Shown piece by piece: positions 8,851-20,147 of a stretch of DNA of 64,000 nt. The position numbers and the translations under genes were made by a program. Under the pieces are notes generated by a model that had not been told where the DNA came from, searched no databases, and worked only from the letters and a program-made list of their open reading frames with translations. The DNA is from Candidatus Poribacteria bacterium (GTDB lineage Bacteria; Poribacteria; WGA-4E; JAJDTR01). Where the stretch lies: contig JAJDTR010000088.1 of NCBI GenBank assembly GCA_022827055.1, forward strand, positions 9,043 to 73,042, read 5' to 3'. How positions within the stretch are numbered: position 1 is the first letter of the stretch; each line of letters begins with the position of its first letter.

Positions 8851-10743
8851 TCAAACGGGATGAGTCCGCAGCGGGTTTTCCCGGGAAAACTCGCGGGTTT
8901 CGGGACAACCCTTAACGGGCAACCACGAACAATACGGCGTTCCAGCCTCACCGGCGCTCCCGAAGTCGCAAAGACGCACCGACTCTCCGTTCGCCGCCTC
9001 GAATTCCAGCAGAAGTTGAGGCGGCAGCCAATCCGTCCACTGAACACGCTTCGATTGCAGCTTCTGTGCGTCAATCGGCGGAATATCCAACATACAGCTT
9101 ACCGGATCCCATTCCTTAACATCGCGTATCTGCGGTGTGTCCGCCTTCGCGTTCTTGAGATTGTACCGGTGGTCGTACGCCAGCAAAATAGGTCCACGGT
9201 AAATAGATGTCAGCCCTTCACACTCCTGTTCACCGCTCCATAGGCGCAGGGACATATCCAGCGTGAGGTGAACCTTATCACCTGCTTTCCATTTGCGATC
9301 GATCTGAAGATAGCTGCCGGCTTTCGCGTTGAGGGGCGGTTCGTCGTTAATTCTGACGTGCGTCTCCGATGACCAGTGCGGTATGCGCAACTTCAAAGCG
9401 AAAACGGCAGATTCAGATGGTTTTACAGATAACGCAATTGTTCCATCAAGCGGATACTCGGTTTCCTGCGTCAGGGTCACGGTCAATCCCGACTTAAACC
9501 GTGCGGTTAGCGTTGACGGCCCATAGTAGTTCAACACGAGACCTTCACGGTCTTTCATGAGCGACCAGTCGCTCAGCATTCCGAATCCGCGGGGAGTGTT
9601 CACACTACAGCAGTTCAGTTCGGGGGTGCCTTCGCGCGATTGGAAGACGATGGTGTGCGCGCTGGAGCGGCGTATTCCGTTCATCGGCGTATCGTAGGTG
9701 GACCAGTGCCCGGTGGAAGAGTGCATACCGACGATGGAGTTGAACAGCGTGAGTTCGAGTTCGTCGGCGACGATGGGGTTGCCCGTCAGTTTCAGCATCT
9801 CGACGCTCATCGCCGTCCACGCGATCGTGCAGCAGGATTCGATTGCGGCGAGGTGGTACGGATTGCCGGTCGCCTGCTCTCCCGACGAGAAACCGCCGTT
9901 GTTGTGTCGATCAAGCATGACGATGCTCCACCAGATTCGCTCAAAGGCTACCCGGTAGCGGTCTTCACCGGTAATCCAGTAAAGTTCCGCCAGTGCCATG
10001 ATTGGGTGCAGACTCTCCCATCGCGGCTTGGGTGTCTGGAAAAACTCTTTGCCATCAAGTGCGCTCTGTAGATAGTCGCCCGCCAACGGTTCCCCGTTCT
10101 CCGTGGCCGCGAATTCATCAACAATCTGGAGCACCAACTTTAGGTAGCGTTCGTTTTTCGTTTTGCGATAGAGTATGCAAAGCGAGTGGGCTGGCGCCAG
10201 ATTCATCTCGGTCGAACCCGTGTCGACCAAGCGCGTACTTTTCGCTCCCAAATACGTCTCGCACAGAAGGTCGGCTATGCGCGCCGCGCAGGTCAGCGCG
10301 TCTTTGTCCCGCGTTTCTTCGTACCAAAGCAGCAATCCCGTCATGTTGTGGTAATGCCCCCAAGTGTCCCACGTGTGCTGTCCCGCAGAATTGGAGTTCG
10401 TTAGACGGTGCGGCTTTGGCCACGGACCGAGATAGCCATCGGTATCTTGAAAGCTGACGAGGATGCGGACGAAATCCTTCAACCATCCTTTCAGCGCCGG
10501 GTCCGCCGTGGTTCGGAGAACCTGGACTGCACCTGTCAGGTATTTCCCCGAAAACTCCCCAGCCCAAGGCACCATCTCCCGCAGCGGGGAGCGGTCACGG
10601 TCGCGGAACATCTCAAGCATGCCGGGATTGGCTTTTGGCGCTACGAGCAACCATTGTTGAGTGATTCCTGTCAGGTAATCTCCCACGAAACCGCCAATCT
10701 GCATCCGTGTTTTTGGGACTCTTCTACAAACGGGTTCTTTCAT
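8851..10743 (-). CDS. Glycoside hydrolase, GH127/DUF1680-like (beta-L-arabinofuranosidase family)
   Basis: 630 aa. W.GEFSGKYL motif, (alpha/alpha)6-barrel-like N-half, ExC...CC-like cysteine cluster. The assignment rests on remembered family motifs only. Confidence 0.5.
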   Translation of the reverse strand: MKEPVCRRVPKTRMQIGGFVGDYLTGITQQWLLVAPKANPGMLEMFRDRDRSPLREMVPWAGEFSGKYLTGAVQVLRTTADPALKGWLKDFVRILVSFQDTDGYLGPWPKPHRLTNSNSAGQHTWDTWGHYHNMTGLLLWYEETRDKDALTCAARIADLLCETYLGAKSTRLVDTGSTEMNLAPAHSLCILYRKTKNERYLKLVLQIVDEFAATENGEPLAGDYLQSALDGKEFFQTPKPRWESLHPIMALAELYWITGEDRYRVAFERIWWSIVMLDRHNNGGFSSGEQATGNPYHLAAIESCCTIAWTAMSVEMLKLTGNPIVADELELTLFNSIVGMHSSTGHWSTYDTPMNGIRRSSAHTIVFQSREGTPELNCCSVNTPRGFGMLSDWSLMKDREGLVLNYYGPSTLTARFKSGLTVTLTQETEYPLDGTIALSVKPSESAVFALKLRIPHWSSETHVRINDEPPLNAKAGSYLQIDRKWKAGDKVHLTLDMSLRLWSGEQECEGLTSIYRGPILLAYDHRYNLKNAKADTPQIRDVKEWDPVSCMLDIPPIDAQKLQSKRVQWTDWLPPQLLLEFEAANGESVRLCDFGSAGEAGTPYCSWLPVKGCPETREFSRENPLRTHPV

Positions 10744-11287
10744 CTATCGCACACATTCCGTGTCTCGTGAGGTGGGATTTATGGGAGACCTGTCGCCGGG
10801 TTTTGTGTTGAATCCGTCATGTAAACCTGATAGAATTGAACTCAGAATAATGCGCTGAATTATACTCCGCTTGTAGGAATCCGTCAAGCCTAAAGAAACC
10901 GAAGAGTCAAGTCAATCGACTCTGATTCTTTGAGGGAGCAGTTGGACGTACACGACCCGTTCTGTGATTGTGAGGACCCTCTACGCCTGTCACATGCTTA
11001 CAATTCCGCGCATGTCAATTAGATAGTATTAGTTCTCTTGAAATGCGAAGTTACGCTCTTCTGGAGCGTTAGACGGCCATACTCCTTCTACATACATAGC
11101 ACTCCGCTGAAGCGCCATGCATGTCTATGTGGACAAATCACTTTTCCGCCTTAGATGACGGAGATCTATAGGCGACATCCGAAAACCTGCGCTATATATC
11201 AATGGATTTGAAAACGGTGGGCGATGCCCACTCTACAGCTTGGAAAAGCAGGCGTGAACTAGAAAAAGAGCAACCATTTTTCATCCA

Positions 11288-12583
11288 ATGAAAATCGCCT
11301 ACATCGCTGCGGGTGCCGCGGGCATGTATTGCGGCACCTGCATTCACGACAACACCCTTGCCGCCGCGCTCCTGAAGAAGGGGCACGATGTCGCACTCAT
11401 CCCAACCTACACCCCCATCCGCACGGACGAAACCGATGTCAGCATCCACCGCATCTTTTACGGCGGGATTAACGTCTATCTGGAGCAGAAATTGGCGTTG
11501 TTCCGTCATACACCGTGGATTTTCGACGAATTGTTCAACAGCCCCGCGCTCCTGAGTAAGTTATCTAGATTCGCCGGTTCAACAAACGCGAAAGATCTCG
11601 GCGCGCTCACGCTATCCGTGCTTCAAGGCGAAAACGGGCGCCAGAGGAAGGAACTGGAAAAGCTCATTAAATGGTTGAAAGATGCCTACCGCCCGAATCT
11701 GGTACAGCTCACCAACTCCATGTTCGTAGGGTTTGCCAAGGAGATGAAAAAGGCGTTGGGCGTTCCGATTCTCTGCGCGCTTCAGGGAGAGGACATCTTT
11801 CTCGAAGGTCTCGTAGAACCTTACAAGTCGCAAGCGCTGGAGGTTTTGCGCGCGCGGGTTTCGGATGTGGACGGTTTCATCGCGCCCTGCCGATACTATG
11901 CCGAGTTCATGGCGTCGTATCTCAAGATTCCCACGGACAAAGTCAACGTGGTGAAACTCGGTTTGAATTTGGAGGGACACGGAGGGGCAAGAAATACTGC
12001 TAGCCCGGATTCTCCCTTCGTGATTGGGTATCTGGCACGGATCTGTCCTGAGAAGGGGCTGCATCTGCTCGTTGATGCCTTTTACCGGTTGACGCAAAAG
12101 GTCCCATCTGATAAGATTCGGCTCAAAGTGGCGGGGTATCTCGGCAAGGGAGACACGCTCTACTTCGAGGAGATTGTGAATCAGATTGAAGCGTGGGGAT
12201 TGGGGAACTCATTTGAGTATTTAGGGGAGGTTGACCGCGAGCAGAAGGTGAATTTCCTCAAGGAACTCCACGTCCTATCCGTGCCAACTACCTACAAAGA
12301 ACCCAAGGGGCTGTTTGTCTTGGAAGCGCTCGCCAATGGCGTGCCGGTCGTCCTCCCAAGGCACGGGGGATTCCCGGAGTTGATCGATGCGACGGGCGGC
12401 GGCTTACTCGTAGACGCAGAGTCGCCGACCGCAACCGTGGAGGGCATACTTGAACTGATGAATGATCCGAAACGCCGAGAGGAACTGGGGCGGCGAGGAA
12501 AGGAAGCGGTGCACCGACGGTTTAGCGACGATATCATGGCGGAGGAGACATTGGCGGTATATCGAAAATACCTTTCGACTTAG
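11288..12583 (+). CDS. Glycosyltransferase family 1 (GT4-like)
   Basis: 431 aa. C-terminal EPKGLFVLEALANGVPVV...GGFPEL motif of GT-B group-1 glycosyltransferases. Confidence 0.8.
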   Translation: MKIAYIAAGAAGMYCGTCIHDNTLAAALLKKGHDVALIPTYTPIRTDETDVSIHRIFYGGINVYLEQKLALFRHTPWIFDELFNSPALLSKLSRFAGSTNAKDLGALTLSVLQGENGRQRKELEKLIKWLKDAYRPNLVQLTNSMFVGFAKEMKKALGVPILCALQGEDIFLEGLVEPYKSQALEVLRARVSDVDGFIAPCRYYAEFMASYLKIPTDKVNVVKLGLNLEGHGGARNTASPDSPFVIGYLARICPEKGLHLLVDAFYRLTQKVPSDKIRLKVAGYLGKGDTLYFEEIVNQIEAWGLGNSFEYLGEVDREQKVNFLKELHVLSVPTTYKEPKGLFVLEALANGVPVVLPRHGGFPELIDATGGGLLVDAESPTATVEGILELMNDPKRREELGRRGKEAVHRRFSDDIMAEETLAVYRKYLST

Positions 12584-12593
12584 GGAGAAAAAT

Positions 12594-13070
12594 ATGCGTA
12601 TGACTTGGCTAATCTTTGTCTTCATAACGGTTGCGGCATGGGGTTCTTACGGCGTTTTACTTCATACCGGGCATTTGTCAATGGCGGACGCCGCGCATGG
12701 GCGCTACAAAGCGTTCTTTTTCGTGGGCACGGCCTATCTGCTGATAGCAGTTATCGGATCCGCAGCCATGCTGGTAGCAAGCGGTGCAACGTGGAGTTTT
12801 CCGGCGAAGGGCATAGCTTGGTCAACTATCGCCGGGACAGCAGGCGCCATCGGAGCCTTCGGTGTCGTGTTGGCATTTGGAGCGGGAGGAAGGCCCGCCG
12901 TGGTGATGTCGATAGTCTTTGCCGGCGCTCCGATCGTTAATGCGGTGATTGCGACGGCGGTGCACCCACCAGCGGGGGGTTGGAGTAGTTTGAACTGGCA
13001 ATTCATCCTTGGAATCCTGCTTGCCGCGACCGGCGGTTTCCTCGTGACGCTTTTTCGACCGGGGACGTAG
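12594..13070 (+). CDS. Small polytopic membrane protein (hypothetical)
   Basis: About 158 aa with 4-5 hydrophobic helices. GGGAGAAAAAT ribosome-binding site before the ATG at 12594. The upstream part of the six-frame ORF overlaps the glycosyltransferase gene. Confidence 0.5.
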   Translation: MRMTWLIFVFITVAAWGSYGVLLHTGHLSMADAAHGRYKAFFFVGTAYLLIAVIGSAAMLVASGATWSFPAKGIAWSTIAGTAGAIGAFGVVLAFGAGGRPAVVMSIVFAGAPIVNAVIATAVHPPAGGWSSLNWQFILGILLAATGGFLVTLFRPGT

Positions 13071-13087
13071 TTTTCTGCCGGATAGGA

Positions 13088-13525
13088 TTGCATGTCATGC
13101 CCTATGAATTTCGGACAAAACGGCAGATAGAATTCTCCGACACCGACATGGCCGGCATTGCGCATTTTTCTCGATTCTTTGTTTTCATGGAATCCGCAGA
13201 GCACGAGTTTCTACGTTCATTGGGAACTAGTGTCGCGACAGAATGGGAAGGAAACAAGATTGGTTGGCCAAGGCTCTCGGCATCGTGCGAGTACTTAAAT
13301 CCCGTCAAATTCGAGGACACCTTGGATATTCATCTGACAGTTTCGAGAAAAGGGCGAAAATCCATGACCTACGAATTTGTGTTTACCAAAGACGATCTCG
13401 AAATAGCGCGCGGTCAGATGAGAACGGTGTATTGTACCTGTAACCCGGGCGAAAAGATGAAAGCCATCCCAATCCCCGATTACATCGCGAACCAGATTGA
13501 AGAAGTAGGGGCAAATGATCGCTAG
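13088..13525 (+). CDS. Acyl-CoA thioesterase, 4HBT/YbgC-FadM family
   Basis: 145 aa. FSDTDMAGIAH...F hot-dog fold signature. Confidence 0.75.
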   Translation: MHVMPYEFRTKRQIEFSDTDMAGIAHFSRFFVFMESAEHEFLRSLGTSVATEWEGNKIGWPRLSASCEYLNPVKFEDTLDIHLTVSRKGRKSMTYEFVFTKDDLEIARGQMRTVYCTCNPGEKMKAIPIPDYIANQIEEVGANDR

Positions 13526-13617
13526 TCCCAACGATTCACGAATGATGAATTACCATTGCGATTCATTTAAGTGTCCAACAGCGTAAGCCCTAATTATACT
13601 ATTTCTCCGCGTGAAAG

Positions 13618-14319
13618 ATGGCAACGTCACATCATACGTCCCTCAAAGTGTCGGAGGTGCACAAGAGTTTTGGTAGCGAGACGCGCTCCGTTGAAGTTCT
13701 CCGCGGCGTCTCGTTCGAGATGACTCAAGGACAGCAACTTGCCCTAACCGGCCCCTCCGGCTCAGGAAAAAGCACACTGTTACACCTGATTGGTACGCTG
13801 GACACACCTTCCGTCGGCACAATTGAAATTAACGGCGAAAACCCGTCTGAGTTCCCGGAGCCACGGCTGGCGAGGTTTCGCAATCAGGTGATTGGGTTCG
13901 TTTTTCAGGACCATCACCTTCTGCCCCAATATTCGGTTCTGGAGAATGTCCTGATACCCACCCTGGCATTTAAGCGCCGCGACGCGGAGATCGAGGTGCG
14001 AGCTAGAGCCTTACTCGAAGGCGTCGGTCTCTCTCACCGCTTGAGCCATCGTCCGGCTGCGCTTTCCGGGGGCGAATGCCAGCGTGTCGCTGTGGCTCGC
14101 GCACTTATTAATCGGCCGAGCCTTCTCCTGTGCGACGAACCAACGGGAAATCTCGACCGTTCCACGGCAGATACAGTTGCCTCCCTCCTCTTCGAACTTC
14201 ACCAAGCCGAGCAAAATATCTTGATTGTGGTGACGCACAACCTAGAACTTGCCGCGCGGTTTGAACGCCGATTCGAGTTGGTAAACGGAAGAGTTGAAGG
14301 TCAGGCGGGGCAGGTTTGA
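13618..14319 (+). CDS. ABC transporter ATP-binding protein (LolD/MacB-type)
   Basis: Walker [10 protein letters not shown], signature [10 protein letters not shown], Walker [12 protein letters not shown]. Confidence 0.9.
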   Translation: MATSHHTSLKVSEVHKSFGSETRSVEVLRGVSFEMTQGQQLALTGPSGSGKSTLLHLIGTLDTPSVGTIEINGENPSEFPEPRLARFRNQVIGFVFQDHHLLPQYSVLENVLIPTLAFKRRDAEIEVRARALLEGVGLSHRLSHRPAALSGGECQRVAVARALINRPSLLLCDEPTGNLDRSTADTVASLLFELHQAEQNILIVVTHNLELAARFERRFELVNGRVEGQAGQV

Positions 14320-14364
14320 GATGAATACATTAGTCCTGTAAGATTATCAGACCATTGTAAAACC

Positions 14365-15984
14365 GTGCTATCCATGCATACACCAAACCGTACCTTTGAG
14401 ACTCGCGGTCCTGTTTCGCCGGACCGCAACTACGTTGTCCCGCGCACGGAGGAGATTGTCGATCTGGTTGGACGGATGAAGGAGGGGCGGTATATCTCCA
14501 TCTTCGCTCCGCGCCAGACGGGCAAGACCACCTTTTTCCGATGGGCTCTGGATGCGCTCACGGCTGGAGATAGCGCCTATTTCCCGATCCAACTCGACTT
14601 TGAGACCTATAGGAACGTGAGCGTCGAAAGTTTTTATGCCAACTTACGGCGCGACATACGTGATGAGGTCGTCCGCGAACCTCGGCGGTTTGGGATTAAT
14701 CTCACGCCAAACTTCCAACAGTTCCTTGACAACTATCCGTTGAGAGATCACAATTCCTTCCAAATCTTTCTGCGCGAACTCGCATCACACCTCGGAAATC
14801 GAAGGGTCGCAATTATCATTGATGAATTTGACGGTATCCCGCGAGCGGCATTGAGCGATTTTCTTTACACACTTCGCAGAATCTATCTCTCAAGGGATGC
14901 GAATCGATGTCCTTACAGCGTAGGAATTGTCGGGGTCAAAAACATTCGCCAACTGAATTATGATTGGAGCATCTCTCCGTTCAATATCCAAGACGAGTTT
15001 GCGCTCTCCAATTTTACGTTGGATCAGGTGGATACCCTTTTGGGACAGTACACCGAAGAGGTAGGGCAAGCTTTTGATCGAAAGGTGGTTGAGAGTATCC
15101 ACACGCAGACAGCGGGCCAACCCTTTTTGGTCAACCGAATGGCGCAAATTCTAGCGGAAGAGATGAGCATTCCTATGGCAGAAACGATTCGCTGCGAGCA
15201 CTTTGAGATAGCCTACAAAAAGATTCTGAATGAATCGAATGTGCACATCTCACACTTGACAACCAATATACGCCGGGAAGCGCGATTTGAACATGTTCTG
15301 ATGCGTGTCATTCTCAATGAACAGAAACTTCCATTCAGCATAGATGACCCGACCATGAGTGAGTTGTTCACCTACGGTGCCATGCTCCCGGACGCAGACG
15401 GAAATTGCAAGATTCAAAACCCGATATACCAATATCGGATAGTTCGAGCATTTCAACCGCTGTTCAACGGTTTGGAAATGCAGTATCTCCCAGAGGATAC
15501 CGATGCGGGTTTTCTTGATTATATGACCTCCCAAGGTAAGGTAGATATGCGGCGTCTGTTGTCAAATTTCCGCGATTTCATCGCTCGCGCGGGATATCGC
15601 ATTCTCGAGGTTCCGGACACTCCCAAGGAATTCGTCGGTCAATATCTGTTGTTTGCTTATCTCGATTCCTTCGTACAACAGATTCGAGGGTTTATGTATC
15701 TTGAGGTTAGGACCGGGCGAGGACAGATGGATCTGATTATCCTGCACGCCGGCGAGAAATACATCGTCGAAACGAAGATTTGGGGCGGCGAAAGCCTCTA
15801 TCAAGCGGGCAAGGCGCAACTAGTGGCATATCTCAAATCCGAAGGTGTGCACGAAGGATACTACATTGTGTTTGATCATCGCCGAAACCCTCAGGCGCGG
15901 GTTGATGAGGAATCGATTGATGGCAACATAATTGTCAGCTATTGCATTCCCGCGTTGCAAAACCGACCGTCTGACGAAATCTGA
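14365..15984 (+). CDS. AAA-ATPase-like protein with C-terminal PD-(D/E)XK nuclease domain (PF09820 + PDDEXK_9-like architecture)
   Basis: 539 aa. Walker A APRQTGKTT. Walker B IIIDEFD. C-terminal D...E.K core (MDLIILHAGEKYIVETKIW). Confidence 0.65.
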   Translation: MLSMHTPNRTFETRGPVSPDRNYVVPRTEEIVDLVGRMKEGRYISIFAPRQTGKTTFFRWALDALTAGDSAYFPIQLDFETYRNVSVESFYANLRRDIRDEVVREPRRFGINLTPNFQQFLDNYPLRDHNSFQIFLRELASHLGNRRVAIIIDEFDGIPRAALSDFLYTLRRIYLSRDANRCPYSVGIVGVKNIRQLNYDWSISPFNIQDEFALSNFTLDQVDTLLGQYTEEVGQAFDRKVVESIHTQTAGQPFLVNRMAQILAEEMSIPMAETIRCEHFEIAYKKILNESNVHISHLTTNIRREARFEHVLMRVILNEQKLPFSIDDPTMSELFTYGAMLPDADGNCKIQNPIYQYRIVRAFQPLFNGLEMQYLPEDTDAGFLDYMTSQGKVDMRRLLSNFRDFIARAGYRILEVPDTPKEFVGQYLLFAYLDSFVQQIRGFMYLEVRTGRGQMDLIILHAGEKYIVETKIWGGESLYQAGKAQLVAYLKSEGVHEGYYIVFDHRRNPQARVDEESIDGNIIVSYCIPALQNRPSDEI

Positions 15985-16009
15985 TACGCCATCCTCAGAA
16001 ATTCTTTTC

Positions 16010-19000
16010 ATGCGTCAAAGTCTGATCCATTTCTGGCAAATCCATCTCGCCGTGTTGCTCGGCGCCGCCGTGGCAACGGCAGTCCTCACCGGGGCGCTTC
16101 TGGTAGGAGATTCCGTTCGCGGCAGCTTACGAGATTTAACGCTGGATCGCCTCGGTCAAATTGACCATGTGGTGCTTTCGGAGCGTTTCTTTAGAGAAAC
16201 CCTCGCGGCAGATCTGGCGACCTCTCCGGAGACGGATGACGGATACGACCGTGTTGTTCCCGCAATGCTGCTGAGCGGTGCAGCAGTTAACGCGACTACC
16301 AAGACTAGGGCATCACGCGTCCAAATTCAAGGGATTGACGAGCGCTTTCTCGCTTTCTGGCCATCCGCTGAAACAGGCGAGTCGAGCGCGTTCCTGAAAA
16401 AGGGTCCGGGTCAACTCTTCCCATCGGTCGTTATTAACCAATCTCTCCAGAAGGAACTCAACGTCAAGGTTGGGGGCACGCTTCTCATCTCTTTTCAGAA
16501 GCAAAACGAGATTCATCCCGAATTTCTGCTTGGACGCCGCGACACCTTGGATGTCCTGCAAACCCTCCGACTATCCGTATCGGATATTGTCCCAGATTCT
16601 GGCGTTGGACGATTCGGTTTGCGCCCTCGTCAAAGTCTTCCTTTCAACGCCTATGTTTCTCTCCCCGTTTTGCAAAAAGCCTTAGATCTGGAGGCGAAAG
16701 TCAACGCAATTCTAATTTCGTCACCTGCAATTCCCGCAGTTGACGCAACGGAGCGTTTGAGGAAAGAACTCCCGCAGGTTTTAACGTTGGATGACTTCGG
16801 ATTAACGCTCCGGCGAGCTGACGACCATTTCTCCCTTGAAACCTCTCAGTTTATTCTCAAACCGAATATCATTAAACTGGCGAAGTCTCTCGCTGCCGAG
16901 AACGAGATTCCCGTGAATACCGTCATGACCTACTTGGCGAATGAGATTTCGGCGAACGGGAAGTCGGTGCCCTACTCCACTATTACGGCGCTCGACGTGA
17001 GTGAGGGGATGCGGGAGAGTACAGGCGAGCAACCGGACAATCAGTTCCTGTTTCGTGCCGCGCTACTCGGCGATCATGAAATCCTGCTCAACGAATGGGT
17101 GGCGGGCGAATTGAAGGCACAGCCCGGGGATAGGATTGACATAAGTTATTACGTCATTGGGCACCAAGAACAGTATTTGACAAGGTACGCCCAATTTCGA
17201 CTAGCGGGTGTTGTCCCTCTGAGCGGGTTAGCCGCAGACAGGGAGTTGACGCCCAAATTTCCGGGAGTTCACGACGCCGATGACATGTCCGAATGGGACG
17301 CACCATTTCCGGTCGATTTCAGCCGGATTCGCCTAGAAGATGAAGCCTACTGGGATGAATTCGGCGCGACTCCCAAGGCCTTTGTTTCTGCCGCGACGGG
17401 CGATCGATTGTGGAGCAGCCGGTTTGGCAGCCTGACGGCAATTCGCTTCGGAGCGACACAGGGCAAAGGTCTTGATACGACCCAAAAGATTTTCCTAGAA
17501 CAGTTGCTGAAAATGATTAACCCCGAGCAGATCGGGTTTGAATTCCAACCGGTGAAGGCGCAGGGCTTGGAAGCCTCCACAGGCGCCACCGACTTCAGCA
17601 TGTTGTTCCTCGGATTCAGTCTTTTTCTCATCGTATCTGCGTCACTTCTCGTAGGGTTACTCTTCCGACTTGGCGTCGAGGGACGAGCAGGCGAGATCGG
17701 GGTTCTATTGACTTCTGGCTATCCACTCTCCAAAGTGCGTTGGCATTTCATGAGGGAGGGAGGTATTATTGCCACAATTGGCGGTGCGATAGGCGTGGTT
17801 GGGGCAATCGGCTATGCTTGGTTGATGATGGCGGGTTTGCGGACGTGGTGGGTGGCGGCAGTGGGAACGCAGTTCCTGTCATTTCATGTTGGCCGTTTGA
17901 GCCTATTATTCGGCTACGTGATTTCCGTGATTGTCGTGCTGGCTTCAATCGGATGGACAGTCCGGCGGCTGGGTAAAGTTTCAATTCGCTCGTTAGTTTC
18001 CGGGGCAACTGAGCTTGAAGAGAGTGCACCGGGACGTGTGGTGCGTATCTTCGCTTTCGCAGCGATTGGGATTGCTCTGGTACTCTTTCTGTTTGCACTG
18101 AATACCGATGCATCCTCGGCACCCGTGCTCTTCTTCACTATTGGGGCGTTTCTACTGATTGCAGGATTCTCCTTTCTTAATTTATGGTTAAAATTGGATA
18201 GCCCGTCCGAAGCATCGAGTTCAAAGCGAGGCATAGCGCGGATAGGGGTCCGGAATTGCGGGCGTCGCCCCGGTCGGAGTATACTTTGCGCGGCATTGGT
18301 TGGTTGCGCCTGTTTCGTCATCGTTGCGGTCGGCGCAAATCGGCATGTTAATAGCGATCACGGCGCGTCTCTGGAGAGAACCTCCGGTACAGGCGGGTTT
18401 ACGCTGGTTGCGGAGGCGGACATCCCTTTACACCATGACCTGAACTCTGAAGCCGGTAGATTTGAATTGGGATTCTCGGACAGGGATGAGGCTGTGGTGG
18501 CTCAATCCCAAATTATCCCACTTCGCCTACTCCCTGGTGAGGACGCAAGTTGTCTGAACCTCTATCAACCCCAGAATCCTCGGATAATGGGTGTTCCCGA
18601 AAATCTCATTTCGCGAGGCGGTTTCCAATTCCAGTCAAGAGTGAACGGAGAGGGGTCGCCGTGGCAGCTTCTACACGAGGAACTCGGAGAAGGGGTAATT
18701 CCGGCTATCGGGGATTATAATTCGGTGATGTGGATTTTGCACCTTGGACTTGGCGAAGATCTCGTTATGCCGGACGAATTAGGCGAACCGTTAAAGCTCC
18801 GGCTCGTAGGCCTTTTGCAAGGTAGCATTTTCCAGAGCGAACTGTTAATCTCCGAAGATAATTTTACCAAATACTTTCCAAGTCAAAGCGGGTACAAGTA
18901 TTTCCTAATTCAAACGCCTCCCGACGAATCGGAAGAGGTGACGCAGGCGCTTGAAAGCGTGCTTCGCGATCACGGATTCGATGTGACCTCGACCGCCGAA

Positions 19001-19411
19001 AAATTAGCTAACTACCGAATCGTCGAAAACACCTACCTCTCCACGTTTCAGACGCTTGGCGGTTTCGGACTGCTGCTCGGGACACTAGGTCTTGGCTTGA
19101 TTCTTTTGAGGAACGCGATTGAGCGGCGCGGCGAATTGGCGACCCTACGGGCATTTGGTTTTCGCCGATTAACGCTTTCCGTGATGCTCTTGATAGAGAA
19201 CGCATTTCTTCTGTTGACCGGTATGGCAATCGGTACTATTTCCGCGTTGATTGCCGTTGGGCCGCACATACTTGCTCCCGGAAGTCATGTTCCGTGGACC
19301 TCCCTTGCGGCGACCTTGGGCGTCGTGTTTCTAATAGCCATGATAGCTAGCGCCGCCGCGGAGTTTTTTGTGCTGCGTGCTCCGCTACTTCCTGCGTTAA
19401 AAACCGAGTGA
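16010..19411 (+). CDS. ABC transporter permease, FtsX/MacB-like, with two large periplasmic domains
   Basis: About 1133 aa. Two FtsX 4-TM modules. Start MRQSLIHFWQI at 16010. The six-frame ORF extends to 15932 and overlaps the previous gene. Confidence 0.8.
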   Translation: MRQSLIHFWQIHLAVLLGAAVATAVLTGALLVGDSVRGSLRDLTLDRLGQIDHVVLSERFFRETLAADLATSPETDDGYDRVVPAMLLSGAAVNATTKTRASRVQIQGIDERFLAFWPSAETGESSAFLKKGPGQLFPSVVINQSLQKELNVKVGGTLLISFQKQNEIHPEFLLGRRDTLDVLQTLRLSVSDIVPDSGVGRFGLRPRQSLPFNAYVSLPVLQKALDLEAKVNAILISSPAIPAVDATERLRKELPQVLTLDDFGLTLRRADDHFSLETSQFILKPNIIKLAKSLAAENEIPVNTVMTYLANEISANGKSVPYSTITALDVSEGMRESTGEQPDNQFLFRAALLGDHEILLNEWVAGELKAQPGDRIDISYYVIGHQEQYLTRYAQFRLAGVVPLSGLAADRELTPKFPGVHDADDMSEWDAPFPVDFSRIRLEDEAYWDEFGATPKAFVSAATGDRLWSSRFGSLTAIRFGATQGKGLDTTQKIFLEQLLKMINPEQIGFEFQPVKAQGLEASTGATDFSMLFLGFSLFLIVSASLLVGLLFRLGVEGRAGEIGVLLTSGYPLSKVRWHFMREGGIIATIGGAIGVVGAIGYAWLMMAGLRTWWVAAVGTQFLSFHVGRLSLLFGYVISVIVVLASIGWTVRRLGKVSIRSLVSGATELEESAPGRVVRIFAFAAIGIALVLFLFALNTDASSAPVLFFTIGAFLLIAGFSFLNLWLKLDSPSEASSSKRGIARIGVRNCGRRPGRSILCAALVGCACFVIVAVGANRHVNSDHGASLERTSGTGGFTLVAEADIPLHHDLNSEAGRFELGFSDRDEAVVAQSQIIPLRLLPGEDASCLNLYQPQNPRIMGVPENLISRGGFQFQSRVNGEGSPWQLLHEELGEGVIPAIGDYNSVMWILHLGLGEDLVMPDELGEPLKLRLVGLLQGSIFQSELLISEDNFTKYFPSQSGYKYFLIQTPPDESEEVTQALESVLRDHGFDVTSTAEKLANYRIVENTYLSTFQTLGGFGLLLGTLGLGLILLRNAIERRGELATLRAFGFRRLTLSVMLLIENAFLLLTGMAIGTISALIAVGPHILAPGSHVPWTSLAATLGVVFLIAMIASAAAEFFVLRAPLLPALKTE

Positions 19412-19426
19412 ACAAAGGATGGAAGG

Positions 19427-20137
19427 ATGGGAAGTAGCGATTCAGCCCGCAAACCGCTTATACGTATCAATGGTTTGAGAAAAACATACAGGGAAGGCGA
19501 TCAACATCATATCGTGCTGGACGGAATCAGCGAGGAGTTTTATGAGGGCGAATTTGTCTGCCTGCACGGGAAATCCGGCAGCGGCAAGAGTACGCTGCTC
19601 AACCTCATTGCCGGCATTGACGCGCCTAGCAACGGCGACATCCTTATTCAAACATCCGAGGGAGGAATCACTCTCAATCGCCTAACGGAGCGCGACCGTA
19701 CCCTATTCCGACGAGATCATATCGGTTTCGTATTCCAATTCTTTAATCTCATACCGACGCTAACTGTACTTGAAAACGTCACGCTGCCCTTAAACCTGAT
19801 GGGAGAGAGGGATGCTTACGAACCTGCGGCTTCGCTGCTGAATGCCGTTGGTCTCGGTACGCGTATGAACGCCTATCCCGACAGGTTAAGCGGCGGTGAA
19901 CAGCAGCGTGTGGCGATCGCTCGCGCCCTAGTGCATAATCCGAGGTTTCTACTCGCCGATGAACCGACCGGAAACTTGGACGCCGAAACAGGTGAGTCCG
20001 TTCTCTCGCTGCTGTTGCATTTGAGTCGATCTGCCGGGAAAACCTTAGTGATGGCAACGCATGCAACCGAAATTGCGGAGCGGGCAGACCGCGTGTTTCA
20101 CATCGACAGCGGAAAACTGATCCTGCATAAGGGATAA
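19427..20137 (+). CDS. ABC transporter ATP-binding protein
   Basis: [24 protein letters not shown] and [11 protein letters not shown] motifs. Confidence 0.9.
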   Translation: MGSSDSARKPLIRINGLRKTYREGDQHHIVLDGISEEFYEGEFVCLHGKSGSGKSTLLNLIAGIDAPSNGDILIQTSEGGITLNRLTERDRTLFRRDHIGFVFQFFNLIPTLTVLENVTLPLNLMGERDAYEPAASLLNAVGLGTRMNAYPDRLSGGEQQRVAIARALVHNPRFLLADEPTGNLDAETGESVLSLLLHLSRSAGKTLVMATHATEIAERADRVFHIDSGKLILHKG

Positions 20138-20147
20138 TATCGGAGAC

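Noticed and set aside
15932-16009. Upstream extension of the FtsX permease ORF overlapping the AAA-ATPase gene.
   Set aside because: The canonical permease N-terminus (MRQSLIHFWQI, then a TM helix) starts at 16010. The extension is out of context and overlaps the preceding CDS by about 50 bp.
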